This document shows, piece by piece, positions 28,417-39,205 of a stretch of 64,000 nucleotides of DNA (positions within the stretch are counted from its first letter, which is position 1; each line of letters opens with the position of its first letter). This DNA is from Thermoplasmata archaeon. GTDB taxonomy: Archaea; Thermoplasmatota; Thermoplasmata; Lutacidiplasmatales; UBA184. The position numbers and the translations under genes are program-made. Under the pieces are notes generated by a model. It was not told the DNA's origin and searched no databases. It saw nothing but the letters and a program-made list of their open reading frames with translations. The DNA lies in assembly GCA_035933635.1 (NCBI GenBank), contig DASYYY010000022.1, positions 130,417 through 194,416 on the forward strand, written 5' to 3'.

Positions 28417-29625
28417 TCAGCGCGTGGCGGGAGTCGGGTAGGCGGTCGCCGCGCGATCCTCCGGAAGCTCTCCGGTGAACAGCTCCCGCGCCGTTGCCGT
28501 CGAACGGAACGCTGGGAAGGCGCGGAGGGCGGCGACGGAGCCGAGGGCCAGGATGACCACGGCGGAGATGAACAAAGAGTACCATCCGGGCGTGATCAGG
28601 CCGAGGCCCAAGGTGAGGGTCAGGATCACGGTCGCACTGGTCAGCCGGGTGTTCATCAGCACCGACACGGGCCCGGCCCGTTGCGGACCGAACAGCGCGC
28701 GCGCCGCCGGGTAGATCGCCGCCAACTTCAGGAGACTCGCGACGGCCACGATGGCGAGCAAAAGGACCAGGTTCGCCTCCACGAACCCGAGCTGGACCCT
28801 GAGACCCACCGCCAGGAAGTAGAGGGGGACGAAGATGGCGAACGCGATCTGACGGATGTTGGTCACGAACCGGTCGCGGGCGAACTCCGAGAAGATCAAT
28901 CCCATCAGGAAGACGAACAGGATCCCCGGGACCCCCACGAGCGAGGACAGCAGTGCGAGCACGGCGAGGGAGAAGAACAGCGATCGGGCACTCACGTTTG
29001 AGAAACCGACCCGCGAGGAGCTCGCGCCCACCGCCTTCGACAATCGCGGAAGGAAGATCGCCGCGAGCGCGAGCGCCGCCAACACCCCGAGGGTGAACAG
29101 GAACCCCGGGGTCGTCAGAAAGGTCGTCGAGGTGATCGTCAGGTCCTCGGTCAGGTTGACCGCGAGGGTGGCCGCAAGGATGAGCCGCCCGAACGGCAGC
29201 TCGGCCAGCTCGTACTGCTGGAGCGTCGTGTAGACGATCGAGATCGAAGTGTCCGCAAGCGCCGTCGCGCCGACGACGCAGACGATCAGAGGGGCGTGGG
29301 CGGCGTAGTAGAGCAGCAGGAAGAGCCCACCGAACGGGACGAGGAACCCACCGAGCCCGAGCGTGAAGGCCTCGCGGAGGTGGGCTCGAAGGAATCCGAA
29401 ATTCGTCTCGAGGCCCGCCAGGAAGACGATCAGCAGGCTGCCGAACGTCAGCAGCGAATCGGCGCCGGTCGGGATCGAAAAGGCGAACAGCGTGACGAGC
29501 CCGATACCGGCCAGGATCTCGAGTGCCGTGATGGGCAGTTTGGTCCATCGCGCCGCCAGCGCGGTGACCACCACTGTCCCGAAGACCACGACCAGGTCGA
29601 GATCGAGGGTGTTGAGGCCCGCCAC
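28417..29625 (-). CDS. Cation:proton antiporter (CPA2 family)
   Basis: About 12 TM helices, EILAG, FLAGLE, ADTSISI, FVPLYF..VG; start approximate. Confidence 0.88.
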   Translation of the reverse strand: MAGLNTLDLDLVVVFGTVVVTALAARWTKLPITALEILAGIGLVTLFAFSIPTGADSLLTFGSLLIVFLAGLETNFGFLRAHLREAFTLGLGGFLVPFGGLFLLLYYAAHAPLIVCVVGATALADTSISIVYTTLQQYELAELPFGRLILAATLAVNLTEDLTITSTTFLTTPGFLFTLGVLAALALAAIFLPRLSKAVGASSSRVGFSNVSARSLFFSLAVLALLSSLVGVPGILFVFLMGLIFSEFARDRFVTNIRQIAFAIFVPLYFLAVGLRVQLGFVEANLVLLLAIVAVASLLKLAAIYPAARALFGPQRAGPVSVLMNTRLTSATVILTLTLGLGLITPGWYSLFISAVVILALGSVAALRAFPAFRSTATARELFTGELPEDRAATAYPTPATR

Positions 29626-30063
29626 GTCGGTGGATTCCAACTTCCGCTGTATCTTTCTTGCCCCCGAGTCGGTTTCCGGGCATAGGAACGGTTCATCTCG
29701 GGTCGCGGCACCTCGGCACTCCGACCGGACGGAACAATCCGGGAATCCATGGTGAGGGACTCCTTCGGGTCGGACTCTCGATGGCCGACCGCCGACGAAT
29801 CGGTGGTGACCGCCGGGATCCCGCGCCTCGCCCCCCCGACCCGAGTACGATCCGCGCGGGGCGCCGGCGGAAAAGGGCAATCGACCCGCCGGTTCCGATG
29901 GGCGAACACGGGGTGCGCGCGGCAACGCGGCGCCCAGAAGGGTCGGGGCGTACGGCCTACCAGTGTCCGCCTACCCCTCTCTCGGCTCCGCCGGAACGCC
30001 CACGACGGAAAACCCCCCCTGGATTCGGGAGGTTTATGAACGGGGTCTCAGTTCAACGCGGGC

Positions 30064-33000
30064 ATGCCGCCCAGGGGGTGGGCCGCACGCTCCACCCCGG
30101 AGACCCGGTGGGGCGGGTCCGCGCTATGGGTAGGGTCCTGCCTGCTACTCCTGTTGCTCTCTGGGCTCACGGTCGGATCGGGCCACCTCCCCGGGCCCGC
30201 AGCTCCCCGTTCGGGCCACGGGCCGGTCTCACGGCTCGCCCGGGAGCCCGGAGCAGCCCCCCTAGGGGGGCTCACCGGGACTTTCTTCGTCAACACAACC
30301 TCTGTGCAAACCGTTCCGGCGGCCAACCGTCCCTGCCTCAAATTCGGGACCCAGCGGTACTGCTTTGACGGCCAGACCTCGCCTTCCCTCCTCCGACTCC
30401 GGAACGGCGGGATCGCCGCCGTCTTCCAACTCTTCACCAACGAAACCAACCTGACTTGCGCCGGCGCGTCGAGCCAGACGGTCTCCCGGATCGGCATATC
30501 GTTCTCCACGGACGGTGGGATCACCTTCGGCTCCGCACGTCTCGTGGCGGGGAGCTCGGGCCGAGTCTGCCCGTACTTCCAGCAGATCGAGCCGGCGTTC
30601 ACCACCGATGGACCCGGCCACCTGGTGGGGGCCTACATTGGGGCGAACGCGACGGCCAGCTACCTCCTGCCGGGGGGGTCGCCGTACGCGGGAGCGATCG
30701 ACAACTACGGTGTGCGGCGCTCCGACGCGCTGATTTTCGTCCGGTCGACGAACGACGGTGCGACGTTCTCCGCAGGAACGATCCTCGTTGCGGGCGGCAA
30801 TCTCGCCCGACCCGCGGTCGTCGCCTCCGGAACGACGATCTACCTCGCCTACGAGGACATCGCCAACGGCACCACGCCCCTGCCCGGCAGCACCACGGTG
30901 GGCCACAACGCCTCCTACCCCGTGGCGATCCACCTGCTCGTCTCGACCGATGACGGGTCGAGCTGGCACGGCCCGTACCTGATGCCGGGGGAGAACTCCT
31001 CGGAGTCCAACAGCACCTTCTCGCCCTCGCTGGCGGTCAACGCCACCGGCGCGCTCGCCGTCGCCTACGCGACCGATCGTTCCTGCATCGCCTACTGCGC
31101 GGTGGTGTCGGACTCGGTCTACGGCGAGGACATCGTGACCTCGGTCTCCACGACGAACGGGACGGGCTGGTCGCCGTTGCGGACGGTGGCGCGCCAGGTC
31201 GCCGAGCCCGGCTACGACGGCTATTCCACCGCGCTCGGGGTGCCGTTCTACTACGTCTGGGAGCTCGTCCCGACCACCTCCGTCCAGTTCGGCCCCCTAC
31301 CCGGGGAGCTGTACGCCGCTTGGAACGGTGCGGTGAACCTGAGCACCCGGAACTACTGCTACTACTCGGCCTACCTGTGCGACTACGACGATTCCGAGGT
31401 GTTCGCGGCCGCCTCGGTCGACGACGGTGCGCACTGGGCGGTAGGTCCGGCGAGTCCCGGTGCGAAGTTCGCCACCGAGCAGGATCCCGGGGCGACCGAC
31501 CTGATGGCCTACTATGCGCCCACGCTCGGTGTGCATGGGGGCACGGTCTACCTCGCGTTCTCCGAGCGCAACGACACCTACTACCTGTGGAACAAGTGCG
31601 GGTACAACTTCCCGCTCACCGGGCGTTCCGCCGCCGGATCGTACTCGTCCTGGCTCGTGCAATCCCCCGACGGGGTGGCTTGGGGGTTCCCTCGACTGCT
31701 TTCGATCGAGTACGGCAGCGGTGGGACCGCCTACTACGAGTACCTCGGAACGGGCGGCGCCGTCTCGTTCGATGCCTCGGGGGCGCCCGTGGTCGCCGAA
31801 ACGGTGCCCCTGGGCGACGTCAGCTCGGCCGGGACCTACCTCGTCGAGACGAACCTGTCGATCGCGCGGCCCGAAACGGGCGGCCCGACGGTCAACCTCA
31901 CCGTCGCCGAGTCGGGAGTTCCGGACGGGGCGCGGTGGTCCGTGGTCGTGGACGGCAACCTCTTCAGCACCACCGGGCGGAACCTGACGATCGTCGGCGT
32001 CCCGCGGGGCGTCAGCGAGTTCGTCCAGCCCGCCGCGTCCGACCCGACCCTCGGCTTCCAGATCCTGCGGGTCGCGGAGGTGATGCCGGGGATCGTCAGC
32101 TACCGTTCCCCGCAGAACCTCTACGCCTTCACCGCCGTCACGCTCGCGGGTTTGGACCTGCGGATCGAGCCGCCGGACGTCCCGTACTTCGACTTCCTGC
32201 TCGACGACTCGAACACCACCTCCGGCGACATCCTGGCGAACTACTACCTGGAGACGATCACCATGGCCCTGTCCGGCCGGATCACCTATCTCCACGAGGG
32301 GTGCCCGGGAGTTTGGTACGTTCCCCTCGGTGCCTCGTTCACCGTCAACAGCGGAGCCTCCGGCAGCGGGGTCCTGTCCACCTTCTCCGACGACGTCAAC
32401 TCGCTCTGGACCGGTTCCGGCAACGGCAGCTACACCGGCTACGGCCCGAAGTTCCCGCTGACGATGGGCTCGGCCCTCAACGAGACCTTCACCATGCTGT
32501 CGACCTCGGCGAACTCCTCGGTGACCTTCTCGGCGACCGACCTGCCGAGCGGGTCGAACTTTTCGCTGACCTTGAACGGCACGCGCTACACCGCCGCTCC
32601 GGGGGAGAACCTCTCGATCGGGGGACTGGGGTGGGGCACCTTCTGGCTGACCGACGTCACCGCCCCGGGCAACCAAACCGGCTGGGGATACTTCGGCGCG
32701 TCCTCCGTGGGCAACCCCGTCGTAGTCCCGTACAATCCGGTCGTCAACCTGAGCTTCGCCTACGTCGATCTGGCCCGTCCGGCCGGGACGGTCCACCTGC
32801 ATGCGCTCAATCTCACCCCGGGCACCGTCTGGCAGCTCGCGTTCAACGGGACGGTCTACAGTTCCGCCACCGCGTGGATCAACCTCACCACTCGGCCGGG
32901 TGACTATCCGCTCACCGCCTACCCGGTGGTCTCCTCGGCCGGGGGGAACGCATCGTACGCTCCGGGCGAGCTGCCCGCCGAGCTCACGGTGCGGCCCGGA

Positions 33001-34482
33001 GGGACCTACCCCGTCAGCTACACCCCCGCCTACGGGGTCGAGTTCCTGGGGAGTATCGGCGGAAGCCTGTCCACCTCGGGTACCTCCTGGGAAGCCCCCG
33101 GCGCCCAACTCCGGGTCACCGCACATCCTGCGGACGGGTTCGCCTGGGGGGGATGGACCGGCACGGGTCCGGGGTCCTACTCAGGCAACGAACTCACCGC
33201 CAACGTCACCGCCGATGGGCCGATCGTCGAATCGGCGAGCTTCGTTCCCCTCCCGGCGAACCGGTACGACCTCGTGGTCAACGAGAGCGGCGTGCCGAAC
33301 GGCACCCTGTGGACCGTCTACCTGGACGGGATCGGGTACTCGAGCACGGGCAGCCAGCTCGTCGTCCCCGAGCTGTACTCCTGCCGGAGCGACCCCGTCG
33401 ACGGAACCTACGCCGTCACCGTCCCCTATGCCTATTCCAGTGCAACGGGAAACTTGACCCGCTACGTTCCCGGGCGATACCCGGACGCCGCGTGCGGGGG
33501 CGGCTCATTGACCCTGAGCTTCGCGACCGAGTTCCACCTGGAGCTGACCTCCAGCACGGGAGGCACCGTCTCGGCGTCGTCCGGGACCCAGTTCGGCACG
33601 GGATCGGGTTGGTTCACGGCCAACAGCTCCGTCGAGCTCGCCGCCTACCCGGACAACGGCTACCGCTTCCTGGGTTGGAACGGCACCGGCCTCGGAAGCT
33701 ACACCGGTACGGCCCGAGGTCCGGGGGTCGTCATGGGCGCGCCGATCGCCGAGGTGGCCTCCTTCGAGCGTGAGGTGCTCCCGGGCCCCGAGCTCGTCTG
33801 GGCGGTCTTCGCACCTCGGACGCCCTTCCCGGCCGGGACCTCGTGGACCCTGACGATCGGCACCACGAACTACTCCTCGACCGGGGCACCGATCAACGTC
33901 ACCGGACTCGTCGCCGGCCAGGCCTATCGGGTCGGGCTGTCCGATGCCCTCTCGCCGGATGGTCTGGTGCGGTATGTGCCGGTCACACCGCAGTTCCCGC
34001 TGCGCCCGCTGAAGAACGGCTCCGACCCGCTGGATTTCGTCGGTTCCGCGTGGGTGCGGGTGGCGGTGATCGGGCCGGGCTTGGCGACTCCGGCCCCCGG
34101 CTGGTACGGGCTCGGGAGCGCGGTGGTCCTCAACGCGACGCCGGGTCCATCGGCCGTCTTCTTGGGATGGGTCGGCTCCGGCCCGGGCAACTACACGGGA
34201 AACGATTCCGCGCCGACCGTCCACCCTTCCGGGGCGATCGAGGAGATCGCGGAGTTCCGGGCACTCTCGCCGCGAGTCGTCCCCGTGACGAGCCCGTGGA
34301 CCGATCCGCGGGTCGTGATCGGACTCGGCTCCGCCGGACTCGCCGCGGGGATCGGGGCCGGGGTCGTGCTCGCGCGGGGTCGCTTCGGACGGGGCGGCAC
34401 GGCCGGCGCCCGAGAGTCCCCGCCCGAGGCCGAATGGGACCGGGCGACGGGCGAACCGGAAGCCGAGGGGGGACCGCCGTGA
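30064..34482 (+). CDS. Large membrane-anchored surface protein: Asp-box (BNR) propeller plus thermopsin-type and InlB-B-like repeats
   Basis: Signal peptide; STDGGITF, STNDGATF, STDDGSSW, SVDDGAHW; ESGVP.G..W.V and GW.G.G.GSY.G repeats; C-terminal TM. Confidence 0.88.
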   Translation: MPPRGWAARSTPETRWGGSALWVGSCLLLLLLSGLTVGSGHLPGPAAPRSGHGPVSRLAREPGAAPLGGLTGTFFVNTTSVQTVPAANRPCLKFGTQRYCFDGQTSPSLLRLRNGGIAAVFQLFTNETNLTCAGASSQTVSRIGISFSTDGGITFGSARLVAGSSGRVCPYFQQIEPAFTTDGPGHLVGAYIGANATASYLLPGGSPYAGAIDNYGVRRSDALIFVRSTNDGATFSAGTILVAGGNLARPAVVASGTTIYLAYEDIANGTTPLPGSTTVGHNASYPVAIHLLVSTDDGSSWHGPYLMPGENSSESNSTFSPSLAVNATGALAVAYATDRSCIAYCAVVSDSVYGEDIVTSVSTTNGTGWSPLRTVARQVAEPGYDGYSTALGVPFYYVWELVPTTSVQFGPLPGELYAAWNGAVNLSTRNYCYYSAYLCDYDDSEVFAAASVDDGAHWAVGPASPGAKFATEQDPGATDLMAYYAPTLGVHGGTVYLAFSERNDTYYLWNKCGYNFPLTGRSAAGSYSSWLVQSPDGVAWGFPRLLSIEYGSGGTAYYEYLGTGGAVSFDASGAPVVAETVPLGDVSSAGTYLVETNLSIARPETGGPTVNLTVAESGVPDGARWSVVVDGNLFSTTGRNLTIVGVPRGVSEFVQPAASDPTLGFQILRVAEVMPGIVSYRSPQNLYAFTAVTLAGLDLRIEPPDVPYFDFLLDDSNTTSGDILANYYLETITMALSGRITYLHEGCPGVWYVPLGASFTVNSGASGSGVLSTFSDDVNSLWTGSGNGSYTGYGPKFPLTMGSALNETFTMLSTSANSSVTFSATDLPSGSNFSLTLNGTRYTAAPGENLSIGGLGWGTFWLTDVTAPGNQTGWGYFGASSVGNPVVVPYNPVVNLSFAYVDLARPAGTVHLHALNLTPGTVWQLAFNGTVYSSATAWINLTTRPGDYPLTAYPVVSSAGGNASYAPGELPAELTVRPGGTYPVSYTPAYGVEFLGSIGGSLSTSGTSWEAPGAQLRVTAHPADGFAWGGWTGTGPGSYSGNELTANVTADGPIVESASFVPLPANRYDLVVNESGVPNGTLWTVYLDGIGYSSTGSQLVVPELYSCRSDPVDGTYAVTVPYAYSSATGNLTRYVPGRYPDAACGGGSLTLSFATEFHLELTSSTGGTVSASSGTQFGTGSGWFTANSSVELAAYPDNGYRFLGWNGTGLGSYTGTARGPGVVMGAPIAEVASFEREVLPGPELVWAVFAPRTPFPAGTSWTLTIGTTNYSSTGAPINVTGLVAGQAYRVGLSDALSPDGLVRYVPVTPQFPLRPLKNGSDPLDFVGSAWVRVAVIGPGLATPAPGWYGLGSAVVLNATPGPSAVFLGWVGSGPGNYTGNDSAPTVHPSGAIEEIAEFRALSPRVVPVTSPWTDPRVVIGLGSAGLAAGIGAGVVLARGRFGRGGTAGARESPPEAEWDRATGEPEAEGGPP

Positions 34483-37400
34483 GCGACACCCCCGCCTCGC
34501 CCTCGGGTCGCAACCCCGCCCGCGGGTGGGCCGGCGCGGGGCTCCATCCGCTCACCCGCCGAACGCTGGTCGTGGCGGTCCTCGTCGCGCTCGCGCTTCC
34601 TGCCGTCCTCGCGATCTCGTCGGTGGGATGGCCGCCGGCTCCGCACGCGGGCTCGATCGTCCTGGTCCGGGGACTCCCGCACGCCTCGGAAGCAACCGCC
34701 ACCGGGGGGGCGATCGACTGGGGGCAGGCCCGTACCCCGACCACGGCGGCCGGCACCGCCCCGGGGGCGAGCTCCGGGCCCGGCCGGTTCTTCGACACCG
34801 TCCCGGTCCCGCTCCCGGGAACCGGGATCCAATCCTGCTACCGAACGGTGCCCCAATCGGGGAGTTGCGATCCGGTCAACGACACGATGGGCCCGCAGTT
34901 GAACCTGACCAGCCGGGGCCGGATCGGGCTCGTGTACACCGCCTTCACCAACGCCTCCTCGTGCGGCAAGGTGCATCGGCGCTACACCGAGACGCTGATC
35001 GGATTCACGACCTCGCGCGATGGGGTGACCTGGGCCGCGCCGCAGTACCTGGGCGGGACCCGGTGCGACACCGTGAACGCGGCCGCGTTCCCCTCGGCGT
35101 GGCAGCCCACGCTCACGTCCCTCGGCAACGGCACCTTCGTCCTGGCCTACGTCGCCTACAACCTGTCGAGCGGGTTCGCTCCGGACCTCTACGCCACCCG
35201 CGACTGCTCGACCTCGAGCTCCTGCATCTACGAGAGCAACGTCCTGACCTCGGAACTGGTCGTCGAAGAGAGCTACGACAACGGGTCGCACTGGACGACC
35301 CCGACGGTGCTCAACGGCTCGGCGTTCCCGAACGCGGTCCCCTTGGAAGGATGGCTCCCCTGGCATCCGTCGATCACCGCCTGGGGCCGGACGATCTACC
35401 TGTCGTGGTCGAACATCACCAGCGAGCCGGACATCGAGCGCTCGGCCGGCCAGGTCGTCGCGGGCGGCTCCGGCCAGGTCCACCTCGTCGTCTCGGCGGA
35501 CGGGGGGGCGACCTGGGGGTCGCCGTGGGACCTGCCCGTGCGCGACGGACCGAGGTCGTACTTCGCCACGAATCCCGATGTGCTGGCCCTTCCAAGCGGT
35601 GAGATCGAGCTGGCCTATGTCACCAATCTGACCTATGGGCCCGCGACCTGCTGTGCCGCCCGGTACACCTACACGACCTTCCATGTCGACGTGGTCGTGG
35701 CGACGGTGATCGCCAACGGCTCCCGGTTCAACGTCCGCACGGTCGCGGCCTCGGTCCCGATCTACGGCGGACCGGCCTCGCCGCACCCGCACTGGTACTA
35801 CGAGCTCGACCCGGCCCCCCAACTGGCCTACGGGGCCGCCTCGAACGAGGTGTTCGCCACGTGGTCGGCGCTCGTGCCCGGGCTCGCCTGCACCGTCGCC
35901 TCCAGCGCGCCGTCCGCCTGCCAGTTCGACTACAACGAGAGCCAAGTATTCGTCGCCCACGGCCCCGTGCTCGGACGGTCGTGGGCGGTGGCCGAGGTCG
36001 GACCGATCGCCAACGTCGGCAACGACACCGAGCTCGCGAACTTCGACCAGGGGGTCTCCCAGCACTTCCTGCCCTCCCTCGCCGTCGGGAGCTCCGGCAC
36101 CGTGGTCCTCCAGGCGCTCGTGGTCAACGATTCGGTGTGCGGGACCTACTTCGCGCCCTACCCCGTGGCCTCCACGGCCTGCGGAGCGCCGGTCGAGGTG
36201 ACGACCTCCAGCCGGGACAACGGGTCGACCTGGTCGGCACCGGTCGATCTCGCCTGGGAGCCGACCCTCTTCGCGGGCGACCTTCCCGACGGGATGTCGA
36301 GCGCGACGCTCGCCTACGGCGACCGCGTCGTCCTGGCCTGGACCCACGGCTCGTGCCCGGTGTGGAACTCGACGACGGTCCCCTACACCGACTGCGAGTG
36401 GGGATCGCATCCGATGCGCGCCTCGGCGCAGGTGGAGGTCTCGACGCCGTACCTCGGCGCCGGGGTGACCGTCACATTCCATGCCTCCGGCGTCCCCGCG
36501 GGCAAGAGCTGGGCGGTCGACCTGCTCGGCAACTACCGCGTCGGTCCTGGCGCGTCGCTGACGATCGGCGGGGTGCCCGCGAACGCGTGGATGGGCTGGG
36601 GCCTGTCGATGCCGTCGTTCGGATACGGCGCGCGGTTCACCGCCGCCGGCTCGATCCCCTCCCCCGAACAGTTCCGGAGCAGCACGACCGTCGACGAGAA
36701 CTTCTCGGTGAGCTATCTGCTGAACCTCGTCTCCGACCCGAGCTATCCGCAGGCACCGCCCGGCGCCGGGTGCACGATGGCGATCACGTGGGACGATCCC
36801 GAATGCGCCCACCTCGACTACAACCTCACGCCCGGCGTGGAGTCGGTCTGGTTGCCCCCGGCCACGGTCGTGCCGCTCGATGTCACGCCGAACCCCACCT
36901 ACTGCACCGGCGCCGCCTGCATCTTCTACGAGGCCAACCTCTCGTTCCTCTCCTGGACCGGTAGCGGGGCGGGGAGCGCGAACACCTCCTCCAACCGGAG
37001 CGCGCTCGTCCTGCAGGGGCCGGTCAACGAGACGGCGAACTTCGAGGTCCTCGGCTGGTGCTACTTCTTCTACTACAACACACCGCAGAACACCTGCGTC
37101 GCCTCCAACGCGTCGATCGACTTCGCCGAGCACGGGCTGCCGGCGGGCACCCCGTGGGGGGTGTCGACGTGGGGTCCGGCCGAGGCGGCCGGTCCTCCCG
37201 GAGCGAACTTCACGAACGGTCCGGCCCTGGCCGTGGGCGGGAACGTCACCCTCGGGGAGACCTACTACGCCCCGTGGTCCGTCGACGTCGGTGGGGCACG
37301 CTTCGTCGGTTCGGGCGTTCCGGAATCCCCCGTCGCCTTGCCCGGTCAGGCCGCGGTGACGGTCAATTACACCAGGGCCACCGGACCGACGAACGATACC

Positions 37401-39116
37401 CTCATCCTCCAGGAATCCGGCCTCGGGGTGGGTACCGCCTGGTCGCCGCTGCTGGATGGGGTGGCGCTCGGCGTGCGCGGCCCGACGGGCGTGTTCACGA
37501 TCGGCGCCGGGTCCCACACCTTCGGGGGCGAGCCGGTGTACCGGACGAACGGTACCGGATTCGAGGCGACGGCCGTGCACGTCGAGCCGCTCGTTCTGCC
37601 CGACGGAGGCTGGGTGAACGGCAGCGCTCCACTGTCCGTGGAGTTGAACACCTCGGCGTACGCCCAGGTGCTCTACTCTCCGACGGTGCAGCTTTCGGTG
37701 GCGGTGGCCGGCCTCGGGAGCGTCTCCGAGCCGCCGAGCAGCTGGTGGCTGGCCGGGAGCCGGGTCGAACTTCTGGCCGATCCGATGCCGGGCTACCACT
37801 TCGTCGGGTGGACCGGCTCCGGAGCGGGCTCGGTCACTGGCGGAAACCCCGAGGCCAACGTCACGCTCAACGCCCCGATCGTGGAGCTGGCGGCGTTCGC
37901 GCGCAACGCCGGGCCGCTCTACACGGTCGTGGTCGAGCCGCAGTTCCTACCGGCCGATGAGCCGTTCTCGGTAGAGTTCAATGGGACGCTCCTGACCGGT
38001 TCGGGCAATCTCTCGATCCCGAACGTGGTCCCGGGGAACTATTCGTTCGCCATGCCGGTCGATTACTCGAATCGTTCCACCCTCGAGCGTTTCGTGCCCG
38101 GAGCCGCCTCGGGCCCGTCGGTCGGGGGCTCCGGCGACGAGCTGACGGTGCAGGGCAATGGGACCGTGCTCGTCCCGTTCACCTCGCAGTACCTGGTCAC
38201 GCTCGCGGCCTCGGGGCCGGGCTCGATCGTCCCCGCCCCCGGGGCCTACTGGGAGGACTCCGGAGCGACCGTGGCGCTCCGCTCGCATCCGGCTCCGGGG
38301 TACGCGCTCGAAGCCTGGAACGGCTCCGGTCCGGGAGCCTATTCGGGAACCGGGACCGCTCCCTCCGTGAGGGTCGACGGACCGATCTCGGAGACGGCGC
38401 TGTTCCTCCTCGCTCCGGCGAGCGTGCCCGAGACCTACACCCTGACGATCCTCGAGGCCGGTTTACCGCCCGGTGCGGATTGGGGATTCTCCGTCGGCGA
38501 TTCGGGTGTCGCGGGCACCACCGCGAACCTGACACTGGGCGGGCTCAACGGCTCGTCGACGGTAGCTGTCGCGCCGGTGGTGGTCGGGCTGGGCGATCGC
38601 TTCGCCCCCGCCCCGGGCGGGTCGGCGGTGCTCCCGTTGGAGATCAGCACCGATCGGGTCGTCCAGGTCACTTTCGCCGAGCAGTTCCTGGTCCACGTCG
38701 ACGGCGGCGTCGGCGGCTCGGTCGCGCCCGGGAGCGGCTGGTTCGCGGCGGACAGTACCGTGACGATCACGGCCCGGCCGGTCGGCCCGGGCTACACGTT
38801 CGGCGGATGGGCCGGTAACGCCTATTCCGGCACGAACCCCGCCGTGCCGATCCACCTCGTCGGTCCGGTCAACGAGTCCGCGACCTTCACCGTGGCGTTC
38901 GCACGGGCCGGGCCGGGAAGTGCGAACGCCGGCTGGGCCGTGGCACTCGCGGTCGTGGGACTGCTCGGGGCGGCGGGGCTTGGTGCGGCGTGGGTGCTCG
39001 CCCGGCGCCGACGGGAGCCACCGGCCCTCTACGTCGAGGAGTACATCCCCGTCGCGTCGTGGAGCGGTGAGGGGGCGGCCGAAACGCTCAACGCCCCGCA
39101 CGACCGTCCCCCCTGA
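34479..39116 (+). CDS. Large surface protein, paralog of 30064-34482
   Basis: GTGA overlap; SRDGVTW, SYDNGSHW, SADGGATW, SRDNGSTW; same repeats; TM followed by RRRR. Confidence 0.88.
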   Translation: MSDTPASPSGRNPARGWAGAGLHPLTRRTLVVAVLVALALPAVLAISSVGWPPAPHAGSIVLVRGLPHASEATATGGAIDWGQARTPTTAAGTAPGASSGPGRFFDTVPVPLPGTGIQSCYRTVPQSGSCDPVNDTMGPQLNLTSRGRIGLVYTAFTNASSCGKVHRRYTETLIGFTTSRDGVTWAAPQYLGGTRCDTVNAAAFPSAWQPTLTSLGNGTFVLAYVAYNLSSGFAPDLYATRDCSTSSSCIYESNVLTSELVVEESYDNGSHWTTPTVLNGSAFPNAVPLEGWLPWHPSITAWGRTIYLSWSNITSEPDIERSAGQVVAGGSGQVHLVVSADGGATWGSPWDLPVRDGPRSYFATNPDVLALPSGEIELAYVTNLTYGPATCCAARYTYTTFHVDVVVATVIANGSRFNVRTVAASVPIYGGPASPHPHWYYELDPAPQLAYGAASNEVFATWSALVPGLACTVASSAPSACQFDYNESQVFVAHGPVLGRSWAVAEVGPIANVGNDTELANFDQGVSQHFLPSLAVGSSGTVVLQALVVNDSVCGTYFAPYPVASTACGAPVEVTTSSRDNGSTWSAPVDLAWEPTLFAGDLPDGMSSATLAYGDRVVLAWTHGSCPVWNSTTVPYTDCEWGSHPMRASAQVEVSTPYLGAGVTVTFHASGVPAGKSWAVDLLGNYRVGPGASLTIGGVPANAWMGWGLSMPSFGYGARFTAAGSIPSPEQFRSSTTVDENFSVSYLLNLVSDPSYPQAPPGAGCTMAITWDDPECAHLDYNLTPGVESVWLPPATVVPLDVTPNPTYCTGAACIFYEANLSFLSWTGSGAGSANTSSNRSALVLQGPVNETANFEVLGWCYFFYYNTPQNTCVASNASIDFAEHGLPAGTPWGVSTWGPAEAAGPPGANFTNGPALAVGGNVTLGETYYAPWSVDVGGARFVGSGVPESPVALPGQAAVTVNYTRATGPTNDTLILQESGLGVGTAWSPLLDGVALGVRGPTGVFTIGAGSHTFGGEPVYRTNGTGFEATAVHVEPLVLPDGGWVNGSAPLSVELNTSAYAQVLYSPTVQLSVAVAGLGSVSEPPSSWWLAGSRVELLADPMPGYHFVGWTGSGAGSVTGGNPEANVTLNAPIVELAAFARNAGPLYTVVVEPQFLPADEPFSVEFNGTLLTGSGNLSIPNVVPGNYSFAMPVDYSNRSTLERFVPGAASGPSVGGSGDELTVQGNGTVLVPFTSQYLVTLAASGPGSIVPAPGAYWEDSGATVALRSHPAPGYALEAWNGSGPGAYSGTGTAPSVRVDGPISETALFLLAPASVPETYTLTILEAGLPPGADWGFSVGDSGVAGTTANLTLGGLNGSSTVAVAPVVVGLGDRFAPAPGGSAVLPLEISTDRVVQVTFAEQFLVHVDGGVGGSVAPGSGWFAADSTVTITARPVGPGYTFGGWAGNAYSGTNPAVPIHLVGPVNESATFTVAFARAGPGSANAGWAVALAVVGLLGAAGLGAAWVLARRRREPPALYVEEYIPVASWSGEGAAETLNAPHDRPP

Positions 39117-39205
39117 GTCCCGTTCCGCCACGGGACGACCGGATGACGACCACGGACCCCCCCGGGACCGAGCGCGTACCCCTGCCCTCGAGGGCACCAC
39201 GACGT

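Noticed and set aside
29626..30063. Fluoride or c-di-AMP riboswitch upstream of the antiporter
   Set aside because: Partial GAGATG resemblance only; the conserved downstream cores were not found.
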